Shown here in pieces: positions 28,163 through 37,896 of a stretch of 64,000 bases of DNA. How positions within the stretch are numbered: the first letter of the stretch is position 1; every line of letters begins with the position of its first letter. The position numbers were made by a program, and so were the translations under genes. Below the pieces are notes generated by a model. The model was not told where the DNA came from. It did no database searches and saw nothing but the letters and a program-made list of their open reading frames with translations. The DNA is from Candidatus Latescibacterota bacterium (GTDB lineage: Bacteria > Latescibacterota > UBA2968), in contig OZ244960.1 in the NCBI GenBank assembly GCA_965222605.1, positions 5,056,001-5,120,000 on the forward strand, given 5' to 3'.

Positions 28163-29188
28163 ATGAAAGCAGCACTTTACAAAGGTATCCAAGAAATCGA
28201 ATGGCAAGATGTTGAATATACGCCCCCGGCACCGGGTTATATCACCTTGCAAACGAGAAGTTCTGGCATCTGCGGTAGCGATCTGCACAATTACTTTGGC
28301 GAGTGGAAACCCTCGCTCGAACGCGCCGCAGGGCACGAGTTATGTGGCACGGTTGTCGAAGTTGGCGAAGGTGTTACAGATATCGAGGTAGGAGCTCTCG
28401 TCACTGCCGAATGCTTTTCGCATTGCGGTACATGTCACTATTGTGTTACAGGTCGCTACAATCACTGTGCCAATCGCAAGTGGTTCTCGGGCGAATCTCA
28501 CGGTGGCTTTTCGGAATACACAACCGCGCATGTAAATAGTGTCTTCAAATTGCCCGATATGACCTTTGAACAGGGTGCGCTTGTAGAACCCCTCGCTGTC
28601 GCGCATCGCGCACTCGCGCAGGCAAAAGCGTCTTACCAGGATCGGGTCGCCGTGATCGGTGGTGGAACAATTGGTCAACTTTGTCTGGCAGTTGCCAAAG
28701 CTATTGGTGTGCGCGAAACGCTTATTACCACCAAATATCCGCAGCAGGCCGACCTCGCGCGTGACCTCGGCGCGGATCACATCGTCGATATCACAACGAC
28801 CGATGTGAAGGATGTGGTTAAAGACCTCACCGATGGTATGGGGTATGACGCCGTTATCGAAACCGTGGGCACCGCGCAGAACTTCGATGATTCCATTGCC
28901 ATTGCGCGTCGTCATGCCATGATCGTTCTCGTGGCCGGTTACTTCAAGCCCCTCGAGGTTGACTTGCGCCCGATTGTCTGGTCAGAAGTCAATATCACGG
29001 GTTCTAATTGCTACGGTTTCAGCGGCATGCGTACCGATTTTGATATCGCCATTGATCTTATTACCTCTGGGCGCGTGCAAGCTACGAAACTCGTCACTCA
29101 CCGCTATCCCTTTGCCGATATCGCCGAAGCCTTTCACACCGCCGCTGATAAAAAATCCGGCTGTGTCAAAGTGCATCTCATAAAATAA
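28163..29188 (+). CDS. Zn-dependent alcohol dehydrogenase (MDR; sorbitol/threonine DH-like)
   Basis: 'GICGSD', 'GHE', structural Zn 'CGTCHYC..C', 'GGGTIG'. Confidence 0.92.
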   Translation: MKAALYKGIQEIEWQDVEYTPPAPGYITLQTRSSGICGSDLHNYFGEWKPSLERAAGHELCGTVVEVGEGVTDIEVGALVTAECFSHCGTCHYCVTGRYNHCANRKWFSGESHGGFSEYTTAHVNSVFKLPDMTFEQGALVEPLAVAHRALAQAKASYQDRVAVIGGGTIGQLCLAVAKAIGVRETLITTKYPQQADLARDLGADHIVDITTTDVKDVVKDLTDGMGYDAVIETVGTAQNFDDSIAIARRHAMIVLVAGYFKPLEVDLRPIVWSEVNITGSNCYGFSGMRTDFDIAIDLITSGRVQATKLVTHRYPFADIAEAFHTAADKKSGCVKVHLIK

Positions 29189-29200
29189 AAGGCATATTCT

Positions 29201-30403
29201 ATGGGCATTCGTCTCGGCATTGTTGGGGTGGGGGCATTTGCACAGCATTTTATTCCCCTCTTCAATGCGCATCCCGATGTGGATCAGGTTATTCTATGCG
29301 ATCTGGATGCTGAAAAATGTCAGAGTAACGCCGAAAAACACGGGATTGCGCAGACCTCGCCTTCTCTTGATGATTTGTGTGATACTGCTGTTGATGCTAT
29401 CGCGCTTTTTACCCAGAACTGGCTGCACGGGCCACAGGCGGCGCAAGCCCTTCTCGCGGGTAAACACGTCTATTCAGCCGTGCCACCGGGCATATTACTC
29501 GACGAACTTCGCGCTATTGCCGAGGCTGTCCGCGAAACGGGCAATATCTATATGCTCGGTGAAACGAGTTACTATTATCCGGCAGTTATCTACTGCCGTG
29601 AACGATACCGCGAAGGCGCGTTTGGCGATGTTGTGTACGCTGAAGCCGAATATTATCACGACTGGGATCACGGTCTGTACGCTGTTGCCAGGTGGCGCGG
29701 AGGGAAAAATTGGCGCGAAACCGCTGGCCTGTCGCCTATGTTTTATCCCACCCATTCTACGAGTCAGATTCTCTCTATCACGGGCGCGCGTATGACCCAC
29801 GTTTCATGCGTGGGTTTCACAGATCGCCACGAAGATGGAATCTACACATCGAATAAATGGAATAATCCGTTCAGCAATGAATCTGCGCTGTTCAAGCTGT
29901 CCGATGGCAGCACCGCGCGCATCAATGAATTTCGCCGTGTTGGACATCCGGGGGCGGTGCGTATGACTATGTTTGGCACACAGGGCAGCTTTGAACACAA
30001 TGCCGCGGGTGCTGTATGGCTCACTAAAGACCGGTCTGAACGCGAATCTCTCGATGCTCAGCTCACCTGTCGCGTGGCGGCAAGGCGCGTTGAGGGCGAT
30101 ATGGAAAAGGTTACGGCAGACGATGGGACGCATCACACCGTTGCACCCGTTCATCCCGTTCACCGCTTACCCGATGCATTCAAAGGTTTGCCCAATGGTC
30201 ACAATGGGTCACATCAGTTTCTCGTTGGCGATTTTGTTCGCGCCTGTGTCTCGGGCAAAACACCGCCGAATAATATCTACGAAGCTGCGCGCTACATGAT
30301 TCCCGGCCTCATTGCCCACCAATCGGCCCTTAAGGGCGGTGAATTGCTTGAGATTCCCGATTTGGGCGATCTGCCCACAGATAACCGATTGGAAATCGAC
30401 TGA
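29201..30403 (+). CDS. Gfo/Idh/MocA family oxidoreductase
   Basis: 'LGIVGVG', 'HVYSAVP', 'YMLGET', 'EAEYYHD', 'YPTHS'. Confidence 0.88.
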   Translation: MGIRLGIVGVGAFAQHFIPLFNAHPDVDQVILCDLDAEKCQSNAEKHGIAQTSPSLDDLCDTAVDAIALFTQNWLHGPQAAQALLAGKHVYSAVPPGILLDELRAIAEAVRETGNIYMLGETSYYYPAVIYCRERYREGAFGDVVYAEAEYYHDWDHGLYAVARWRGGKNWRETAGLSPMFYPTHSTSQILSITGARMTHVSCVGFTDRHEDGIYTSNKWNNPFSNESALFKLSDGSTARINEFRRVGHPGAVRMTMFGTQGSFEHNAAGAVWLTKDRSERESLDAQLTCRVAARRVEGDMEKVTADDGTHHTVAPVHPVHRLPDAFKGLPNGHNGSHQFLVGDFVRACVSGKTPPNNIYEAARYMIPGLIAHQSALKGGELLEIPDLGDLPTDNRLEID

Positions 30404-30448
30404 TTAGTTGTGGGGTGCTAGAAATCATCCATAAATAGGGAGTTGACT

Positions 30449-31186
30449 ATGTCTTATTTTTCAAATGAGGAAAAAGCCTTTTTTAAAAAAAACGGCTACG
30501 TTGTCAAACCCGACGTGATTGCGCCGGAGCTAATCGAAAATGCGCGAGATGCCGTGTGGGAACACATTGAGGCGGACCGGGATGATCCCCAGACATGGAT
30601 CAACGCGGGACCAACGGGCAATCTTCCGTGTAGCAACCATCCCGCTATCGCGGCTATGACGACCGATACACCGCTTTACGACATGGCCGAAGAACTCGCG
30701 GGCACGAGGCGTCTTCGCCAGCCTGGGAATGCGCTGTGTAAAATGATCTATCCCTGCGGTCACACAAATTGGCAGCCTCCGCGAGGTCATCTGGATGGAT
30801 ATCTCATCGAAGGTGTGGCGGATACTTTCACCGTGGCTGTTACCATCAATATCAGCAATGTATTGCCCCGTGGCGGCGGTTTTACCACGTGGGCGGGGGC
30901 ACACCTCAAGGTTGCTCGATATTTCCAGGAACATGCCCTGACTAATTTAAGCGGTCTCAAATTACCCGGCTTTCTCCATCCGGATACGCGCTATGAACAC
31001 GCCGCACCTGCGGGAACGGTCTGTTTTTGGCACCACTATATGCTGCATACGGCCAGTCTAAACTGTCAGACAGATATCCGCATGGCGCTTGTCAATCGCT
31101 TTGCTTTCAAAAACTTGCGCGATATCATGTTCGACCTGCCCTTCGATCTGTGGGATCACTGGGAAGGCTTGCGCGATATCAACTGA
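30449..31186 (+). CDS. Phytanoyl-CoA dioxygenase (PhyH) family Fe(II)/2OG enzyme
   Basis: 'FFKKNGYVV', HxD 'HLDG', distal 'HYMLHTAS', 'R' of the 2OG site. Confidence 0.8.
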   Translation: MSYFSNEEKAFFKKNGYVVKPDVIAPELIENARDAVWEHIEADRDDPQTWINAGPTGNLPCSNHPAIAAMTTDTPLYDMAEELAGTRRLRQPGNALCKMIYPCGHTNWQPPRGHLDGYLIEGVADTFTVAVTINISNVLPRGGGFTTWAGAHLKVARYFQEHALTNLSGLKLPGFLHPDTRYEHAAPAGTVCFWHHYMLHTASLNCQTDIRMALVNRFAFKNLRDIMFDLPFDLWDHWEGLRDIN

Positions 31187-31312
31187 TCTGATGGAAGGCC
31201 GCTGAAAATATCTGGCTCTCACGCCGTCCTCTCTCCTGTTTCGCCACGCCCCGGTTATTCATCCTGAGGGAGGAGCCGAAGAACTTGTACTCGCAGCCGA
31301 CAGGAGTCCCAC

Positions 31313-32284
31313 ATGGCACGAATGAAACGACTTGAAAAGCTCGACGGCTTCGCCAATGTGCAGATGGTCGAAGTCGAACAGCCAGAACCCGGTCCCGATC
31401 AGATGCTGATTGAGGTCAAGCGCAGCCTGATCAGCAGGGGGTCGGAGCTATTTCGGCGATACGTCATGGAAGAGTCGGTAAGTCCTGAAATGATGGGGTA
31501 TTCCGACGCGGGTGAGGTCGTGGTCGTAGGGGCCAACATCCAGGGCTTCGCGGTTGGACAGCGTGTCATGGCGAACACCCCGCACGCTCAGTACGTCATT
31601 GCCAGCGAAACCGGGAGAACCCGGCGCGCCTTCCCCCTTCCGAACGAACTCAGCTATGAGACCGCGACCTTTCTCCCACTCGCGACCAGTTCTGTGATGT
31701 GGATGCGCACTTCGCCAATAGAACCCGGACAGACCGTTGTCGTGCTCGGCCAGGGGATCGTAGGTGCCCTGTGCGCTCAGATTGTCCAGGAACGCGATCC
31801 CGGACGCGTGATCGTCGTCGATGCACAGCCTCTCCGATGCGATATCGCGCGGAAACTGGGGCACGAAAATGTGATCAATGTCTCCCAGACCGACTCCGTG
31901 GCAGCGGTCAAGGAACTCACAGATGGCAAGGGTGCCGACCTCGTCGTCGAGTGCGTCGGTGGCTACGCCGGCATCCAGTCTTTCGAACAAGCTCAGAAGA
32001 TGCTCGCACCCCGGGGAACAATTCACCTCATCGCGAAGTATCAAGGTGCTCCATTGCCTCTGGAAGGAGACGCCTTCATGAACAAGCAGATCATCGCGGG
32101 CATCCGCATCGACACATCCAGAGAGGCGTGTATGCGGGATGCAGCCCAGATGCTGATTGACGGACGGATCAAAGTCGCCGAACTGATCACCCACAGACTC
32201 CCATGGGAACAAACTCCGGATGCGTATCACCTGCTCTATCACAGGCCGGACGAAGCACTCGGCGTCATTCTGGAGTGGGATTGA
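31313..32284 (+). CDS. MDR superfamily dehydrogenase lacking canonical Zn ligands
   Basis: 'SLISRGSEL', 'GYSDAG', 'GQGIVG', 'LITHR'. Confidence 0.85.
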   Translation: MARMKRLEKLDGFANVQMVEVEQPEPGPDQMLIEVKRSLISRGSELFRRYVMEESVSPEMMGYSDAGEVVVVGANIQGFAVGQRVMANTPHAQYVIASETGRTRRAFPLPNELSYETATFLPLATSSVMWMRTSPIEPGQTVVVLGQGIVGALCAQIVQERDPGRVIVVDAQPLRCDIARKLGHENVINVSQTDSVAAVKELTDGKGADLVVECVGGYAGIQSFEQAQKMLAPRGTIHLIAKYQGAPLPLEGDAFMNKQIIAGIRIDTSREACMRDAAQMLIDGRIKVAELITHRLPWEQTPDAYHLLYHRPDEALGVILEWD

Positions 32285-32393
32285 TTTGGTTGTCTGTCCA
32301 ATGGGATCTCTCCCTTAGAGCCTCGGCATTTGCGTTCCGGTTACAGATGGAAACGCCGCTGGCACGCGTTTTGGCAGCAGGACAGGAGACGCT

Positions 32394-33581
32394 ATGAAGA
32401 AACTTCGACTGGCCGTTGTGGGGTGCGGTGCTTATGAAAGCTCTCGCGCTCGCGGATATATCGCGACGATGGTCAAATTGGCCGACCGCTACGATTTGTG
32501 CGCGATCTGCGATCACAGCGAGGAGTCGTTACAGGTCGTTGGTGAGCGCTTTGGCATTGATGCGCGATATACCGATTTTGAAGCGATGCTCGATGGGGAA
32601 AAGCCGGATGTGGTTTTTATACTTGTCCCCACCGATGGACAGGCGGTTATGGCTTTGACGGCTGTTGAGCGAGGTTGTCATATCATCACGGAGATTCCGT
32701 ATGCCCACACTCTGGCAATTGGCGATGCGATTGATCTGGCGTGCCGGGATAGAGGTGTCGTCTGGGAGGTCGCTGAAAATGTCTGGCTCTGGCCCCAGGA
32801 ACAATTAAAGCAAAAGATCGTTAGAGAAGGGCTGCTTGGAAAACTGACACATGCTCGTCTTTGGTACACGTCTGGAAGCTACCACGGTATCAACGGGGTC
32901 AGAATGATCCTCGACAAGGCCGCGACCCGTGCCCTGGGCTATGCACAATCGGTGGAGGTGTTGCCTTATAGCAATTATGGCGGGGCGCAGGAAATGACCC
33001 GATGGTGGGAGAGTGCTGTTGTCGAGTTTGAAGATGACGTGGTGTGTCTATACGAAATGTCGCCAGCGGGTGCGCGCGGCAATTGCTGGGATATCGAAGG
33101 GGTGGAGGGGCATCTTTCGGGCAATGAACTGGTGCTTTATGGAAGTGGTTCCTATCCGATTCGGGAGATGTTCGAGGAGATTGACGGAGAGCAGATTCTC
33201 TCGTCTGTTCGGGTGGATACCGATCCACCGGTTGTCTGGGAGAATCCATTCAAGCGCCAGAAGGTTTCCCATGCGGACGATGTGGCAAAAGCCGCGATTC
33301 TCAGCAGCCTTCACAAGGCAGTGACAGAGGGATCAGAACCACAGTACCGTCCCGAAAATGCCCGCAGGGATCTGGAGATCTGGATTGCGATTCGCGAGAG
33401 TGCGAATAGGGGAAGTGTCTGGATCGATCTTCCGATGACAGAGCAGACGGATCTCGAGCAACGCTTTGAAGCCGAATATATTCGGCAGTACGGCGGCCAT
33501 CCCGTCACAGACCGCGAGCGTCTGATAGATGCCCCTTTCCAGCGTCTCAGTCCGCTCTGGACCGTGGCAGGCTGGTTGTGA
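32394..33581 (+). CDS. Gfo/Idh/MocA family oxidoreductase
   Basis: 'LAVVGCG', 'HIITEIP', 'VAEN'. Confidence 0.85.
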   Translation: MKKLRLAVVGCGAYESSRARGYIATMVKLADRYDLCAICDHSEESLQVVGERFGIDARYTDFEAMLDGEKPDVVFILVPTDGQAVMALTAVERGCHIITEIPYAHTLAIGDAIDLACRDRGVVWEVAENVWLWPQEQLKQKIVREGLLGKLTHARLWYTSGSYHGINGVRMILDKAATRALGYAQSVEVLPYSNYGGAQEMTRWWESAVVEFEDDVVCLYEMSPAGARGNCWDIEGVEGHLSGNELVLYGSGSYPIREMFEEIDGEQILSSVRVDTDPPVVWENPFKRQKVSHADDVAKAAILSSLHKAVTEGSEPQYRPENARRDLEIWIAIRESANRGSVWIDLPMTEQTDLEQRFEAEYIRQYGGHPVTDRERLIDAPFQRLSPLWTVAGWL

Positions 33582-33609
33582 TGTGAACTATTCAGATTGG
33601 AGAGATATT

Positions 33610-34275
33610 ATGCGTTTTTTTCTGGTATTCTTGTCGATGATTATTGTTTCAATTCAAACCGTGCAGGCGCAACCGGCAGATGTAAAAAGTCATGTTGCTG
33701 CGCTTAAAGGCAAGACGTTCTGGATCAAAATTGATTTTGTAGAGGTGAATGACGGGATTCGAGGCATTGATGCGGCAAATGTTCTGGAGAATGGCGAGGT
33801 TTCATACCGCGCCACAATAGGCGGTTTTCGTCAGTCCCAATCTCAGTCGGGAGAGGATTTTGCCGAAGAAGTCCGGAATATCATTGTGAGAGATGAGCTT
33901 GGGGGGTGGAGTGTGCGGGTGATCCAAAGAGGCGCGAAGGTTGTGATCCGAAATGCCGAGGCAAAGGAGAAAGAAGTTTATATTGAACTCGATAAACTGT
34001 CGGGTGCTCGCCATGCCGTTCGCCTCAAAGTCAATAAGGATAATTACACGATTCCCGAAGTTGAACGTCTTTTCAATGTCGCCTTTGCTGCAAGCGAAGC
34101 GGAATTAGAAGGTGCAGAGGAGACCGTTTTGCTTAAAATGAACATGTCGATTGAAGAAGTGATTGCCCGAAAAGGCAAACCCAAAACGCGCGTTGAACTC
34201 GGCTCCAAAACCATTCTCGCTTACGACGATTTGAAGTTGATATTCAAAGATGGGAAATTGGTTGATGCGGAATAA
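33610..34275 (+). CDS. Secreted hypothetical protein with C-terminal BamE/SmpA-like small domain
   Basis: Signal peptide ending 'TVQA'. C-terminus 'MSIEEVIARKGKP...LIFKDGKL'. Confidence 0.6.
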   Translation: MRFFLVFLSMIIVSIQTVQAQPADVKSHVAALKGKTFWIKIDFVEVNDGIRGIDAANVLENGEVSYRATIGGFRQSQSQSGEDFAEEVRNIIVRDELGGWSVRVIQRGAKVVIRNAEAKEKEVYIELDKLSGARHAVRLKVNKDNYTIPEVERLFNVAFAASEAELEGAEETVLLKMNMSIEEVIARKGKPKTRVELGSKTILAYDDLKLIFKDGKLVDAE

Positions 34276-35071
34276 AGTCTCCTCGTACTCCTACATTCTC
34301 CAGCACATCTCTCATCGCTTTGCCCTCTTCGCGGAACCATTGCATTAAGATGCTCACATCGGTTCCCACGCAAAAGTGTTTCACGCCCATGTCCAAATAT
34401 CGCTTCACGCCTTTGGCATCTCCGAGTTCTGCCCGGGGCGCGATGCCCATTTTAAGCGATGTTTCAATCACATATTTTTCGGCTTCTTGTACCTTTTCTC
34501 TGGCATAGCCCGTACTCAAAGAATAATCCGACGGGCCGAACTGTATCATATCTAAGCCCGGTACGGAAAGCAGTGCCTCCAAATTTTCGACCGCTTCCTT
34601 TTTTTCTATCATGACCGCAACAACAGAATCGCGGCACGACTGAATAAATTCAGACCCTCCTGCATCTGCACCAAATCGCACGTACCGGCGCATATTCACG
34701 CCGTGATGCCCGCCATCTTCTGGCGTATCAGGACGCACGGTTGCCACACACGCCGCCACATCTTCTACTGTACGCACATCGGCGAATAAAACATTCTGAA
34801 TACCCGCACCTATGGCGCGATTTGCAATATGTCCACGCGGATCTTCCTCGACTTTGATCATCGCCGACATATCGTCGAACAAATCAATAGCCCGACCAAT
34901 ATTATCCATCGTGTGTAAATCATAGGGGGCGTATTCCGATACGTATTCGATATAATCAAATTGTCCTGAATATCCCACCATTTCAAATACCGATGGCCAC
35001 GGGCTGTGTACGTGGGTTCCCAAACTGGGTTGATCGGCATCGAGCAATTCTCTTAGCTTATTGCGGCGCAT
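34244..35071 (-). CDS. HpcH/HpaI aldolase family
   Basis: 'VMIEK', 'QFGPSDYS', 'HFCVGTD'. Confidence 0.85.
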   Translation of the reverse strand: MRRNKLRELLDADQPSLGTHVHSPWPSVFEMVGYSGQFDYIEYVSEYAPYDLHTMDNIGRAIDLFDDMSAMIKVEEDPRGHIANRAIGAGIQNVLFADVRTVEDVAACVATVRPDTPEDGGHHGVNMRRYVRFGADAGGSEFIQSCRDSVVAVMIEKKEAVENLEALLSVPGLDMIQFGPSDYSLSTGYAREKVQEAEKYVIETSLKMGIAPRAELGDAKGVKRYLDMGVKHFCVGTDVSILMQWFREEGKAMRDVLENVGVRGDFIPHQPISHL

Positions 35072-35180
35072 GTTGCCTCCTTTGAGTTGATTTGTCGCAC
35101 ATCGTAGCGCGTCTCATTTCTTATCAATATAGCAAAATAGCGAGAAAAGCCCAGTGGACTTCTCTGGCCCTTATCCAGAC

Positions 35181-35224
35181 CTCAAAAATTTTGAGTTGCC
35201 TCTTGACAAGGGTGAAGATATACT
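35181..35224 (+). promoter_or_regulatory. Putative sigma70 promoter with adjacent palindromic operator
   Basis: CTCAAAA-A-TTTTGAG (35181-35195) abuts TTGCCT-17 nt-TATACT (35196-35224). Confidence 0.5.
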
Positions 35225-35328
35225 ATTGTTGAAAATTAAAGCATGTTATATTAAATACAAAATAGCCATTCTGGCGATTGACACTGAAAAATCACAACCA
35301 ACGAGGTATTCCAGCAAAGGGGGAAACA

Positions 35329-36717
35329 ATGCCGAACGACGATATTGCGTTAATGGCCCACCTGATACGTCGCGCCGGGTTTGGGGCCACGAGAACAGAA
35401 CTGGAGGACTATGTCGAAAGGGGCTACGAAAACGTCGTAGAAGACCTGGTCGAGTCGGAGCGATGCGATCCGGTTGATGAGGATATTTTGCACCGTTATT
35501 TTGGCAGCTTTGAAGCGGGATATGTGGAAAAATGGATGTATCGAATGGTCCGCAGCAAGCGCCCGCTCGAAGAAAAAATAGCCCTTTTCTGGCATCACGT
35601 ATTCGCCACCGGGGTTGGGAAAAATCAGCACCTCCTCGCTTCTGCCCGCCAGATCGACACTTTCCGGCGCGTGGGGCTTTCAAATATGCGGGAAATCCTG
35701 CTCGAGTTATCGAAAGACCCCGCTATGATCTTCTGGCTGGACAACAATGAAAACCGCAAAGGTGAGCCTAATGAGAACTACGGCCGGGAGCTGTTAGAAC
35801 TCTTCTCGATGGGCGTTGGCAATTATACAGAAGACGATATTAAGAATTGCGCCCGCGCCTTTACCGGCTGGACGTTCGCCCAGCCGCCGCCTCTGTATCC
35901 GCAAGGCTTCTACGATGCGAAATTCGTTTTCCTCGAAGAAGACCACGACGATGGCGAAAAGACTTTTCTGGGACATACGGGCAATTTCAACGGCGACGAC
36001 ATCGTCGATATCATCGCCGAACAGCCCGCCTGCGCCAAATTTATATCCAGGCATCTCTACAACTTCTTTGTCGCAGACGAGCCGCAAGTTCCATCCTGGC
36101 ATGTGACTCCGCCGCAGGATCCCGAAGCGGTTGAAACTCTGTCAAATGCTTTTATGGAGTCGAAAGGCGATATGCGCCATGTCCTCAGAACGCTTTTCAA
36201 TTCTGACTTCTTCAAGGAAGCGCAAGGGAAAAAAGTGAAAAGCCCGACTGAACTCGTCACGGGCATCTTGAAATTGATCGGCACCTATCAACGTCCCGAT
36301 CCGGGTATGGGAAAATATTCGGGTGCCACCACGTTAATGGGGCAGAAATTGCTGGATCCGCCGACCGTGGAAGGCTGGCACACTGGTAGGGAATGGGTCG
36401 ATGGCGGTACGCTGACCGAGCGTGTGAACTTTGCCGTTCGCGAGGTAAGCGATGCGTCCCGGCCGGGTATTGGCGAAATCATCAATCGGCTCAAAGCTGA
36501 GGGAAGGGTACTCGCCCCTGATGAGTTCGTGGAAAAATGTTTGGATCTCGCAGGCCCTATGACCGTGAGTGATACGACCCGCGAATCATTAAGCAAATTT
36601 GCGGAGTCAGGTGGCGACCTCGATCTATCCGCTGACAACGGGTCTGGAGAGAGCACAGATCGCGTGGTGCAGATGCTGCAACTCATTGTCGCTTCGAGAG
36701 AGTATCAATTTGCGTAG
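35329..36717 (+). CDS. DUF1800 family protein
   Basis: 'AHLIRRAGFG', 'EKIALFWHHVFAT', 'DPAMIFWLDN', 'PNENYGRELLELFSMG', 'ARAFTGW', 'PPTVEGW'. Confidence 0.93.
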   Translation: MPNDDIALMAHLIRRAGFGATRTELEDYVERGYENVVEDLVESERCDPVDEDILHRYFGSFEAGYVEKWMYRMVRSKRPLEEKIALFWHHVFATGVGKNQHLLASARQIDTFRRVGLSNMREILLELSKDPAMIFWLDNNENRKGEPNENYGRELLELFSMGVGNYTEDDIKNCARAFTGWTFAQPPPLYPQGFYDAKFVFLEEDHDDGEKTFLGHTGNFNGDDIVDIIAEQPACAKFISRHLYNFFVADEPQVPSWHVTPPQDPEAVETLSNAFMESKGDMRHVLRTLFNSDFFKEAQGKKVKSPTELVTGILKLIGTYQRPDPGMGKYSGATTLMGQKLLDPPTVEGWHTGREWVDGGTLTERVNFAVREVSDASRPGIGEIINRLKAEGRVLAPDEFVEKCLDLAGPMTVSDTTRESLSKFAESGGDLDLSADNGSGESTDRVVQMLQLIVASREYQFA

Positions 36718-36738
36718 TGCACGGAAAGGAGAAATAAA

Positions 36739-37875
36739 ATGGCTTCTAAAGATCCGGTTCTGGTCGTTGTTGAGTTGAAGGGCGGCAACGACTTCATGAA
36801 CACAATTATCCCTTATACCAACGGCATATACCACGATTGCAGGCCCATTGTTGGGCTTCGCGAGGATGAAGTTTTACCGATGAATGATACCCTGGCCTGG
36901 CACCCCAATACGGTGCCCCTGAAGGAGATGTTTGAGCAGGGTGATGTGGCGATTGTGCAGGGTATCGGGTATCCCGACTCGAGCCGATCGCATTTTCGGG
37001 CCATGGATGTCTGGCATACCTGTGAACCCATAGATATTGGCACAGAGGGCTGGTTGGGCAGAGTGGTGCGTGATCTGGATCCGAGGGGGGAAAATGTCTT
37101 GACCGGCATCAACTTCGGAAAAGGACTTTCCAGAGCGTTGGCTGTTTCCGGCGTTCCCATAACATCTGTTGACGACCTCGACAATTACGGCTTGATGACC
37201 AGCATTGCGGAAGACCCGAAGCGAAAGCAGGCGATTGAGATATTCAAGACCATGTACGAACCCGCGATTGGCACGGGTGTGGTGATGGATTATCTTTCGC
37301 AAACGGGCCTGGATGTCATCAAAGGCTCGGATGAGTTAAAGAAGGCTCCGGCAATGTATCAATCCGACGTGGAATACGAAAGCAATTCGATTGCGAAGGC
37401 GCTGAGAGATGTCGCGCGTGTTCACCTTTCCGGTCTTGGAACAAGGATCTTTTATACTCAGCACGGGGGGTATGACCACCATGCAAATGAAATGCCGTCA
37501 CATCCCAAGTTGCTGACGGAGTTGTCGGAAGCAATCCGCGATTTCTTCCAGGATCTGAGAAACCACAATGCCTCCCAAGAGATTGTCATGCTCGTTTTCT
37601 CAGAGTTTGGACGACGCATGAGGGATAATGCCAGCGGCACTGACCACGGCACAGGTGGCGGTGCATTTATCATCGGTGACGGTGTGAATGGCGGGCTATA
37701 CGCAGAATATCCCTCTCTTGATCCCTCTCGATGGGCCAACGGCGAAGATCTTGAGCATACAATTGACTTTCGCGGCATATACGCAACGCTCCTGGAGCAA
37801 TGGATGGGAATGGATGCTACCCCGATTGTGGATGGGACATTTGAACAAATCCAGCCTTTCAAAGAGGCTATGTGA
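36739..37875 (+). CDS. DUF1501 family protein (alkaline-phosphatase-like fold), no Tat leader
   Basis: 'VVELKGGND', 'SRSHF..MDVW', 'GWLGR', 'GGYDHH', 'SEFGRR', 'GTDHG', 'DFRGIYAT'. Confidence 0.93.
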   Translation: MASKDPVLVVVELKGGNDFMNTIIPYTNGIYHDCRPIVGLREDEVLPMNDTLAWHPNTVPLKEMFEQGDVAIVQGIGYPDSSRSHFRAMDVWHTCEPIDIGTEGWLGRVVRDLDPRGENVLTGINFGKGLSRALAVSGVPITSVDDLDNYGLMTSIAEDPKRKQAIEIFKTMYEPAIGTGVVMDYLSQTGLDVIKGSDELKKAPAMYQSDVEYESNSIAKALRDVARVHLSGLGTRIFYTQHGGYDHHANEMPSHPKLLTELSEAIRDFFQDLRNHNASQEIVMLVFSEFGRRMRDNASGTDHGTGGGAFIIGDGVNGGLYAEYPSLDPSRWANGEDLEHTIDFRGIYATLLEQWMGMDATPIVDGTFEQIQPFKEAM

Positions 37876-37896
37876 TATCGAAAAGGGAGGTGAATC

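Noticed and set aside
34244-34275. 32-nt convergent overlap of two CDS 3' ends
   Set aside because: Probably a trivial stop-codon extension of the aldolase, with no further evidence of function.
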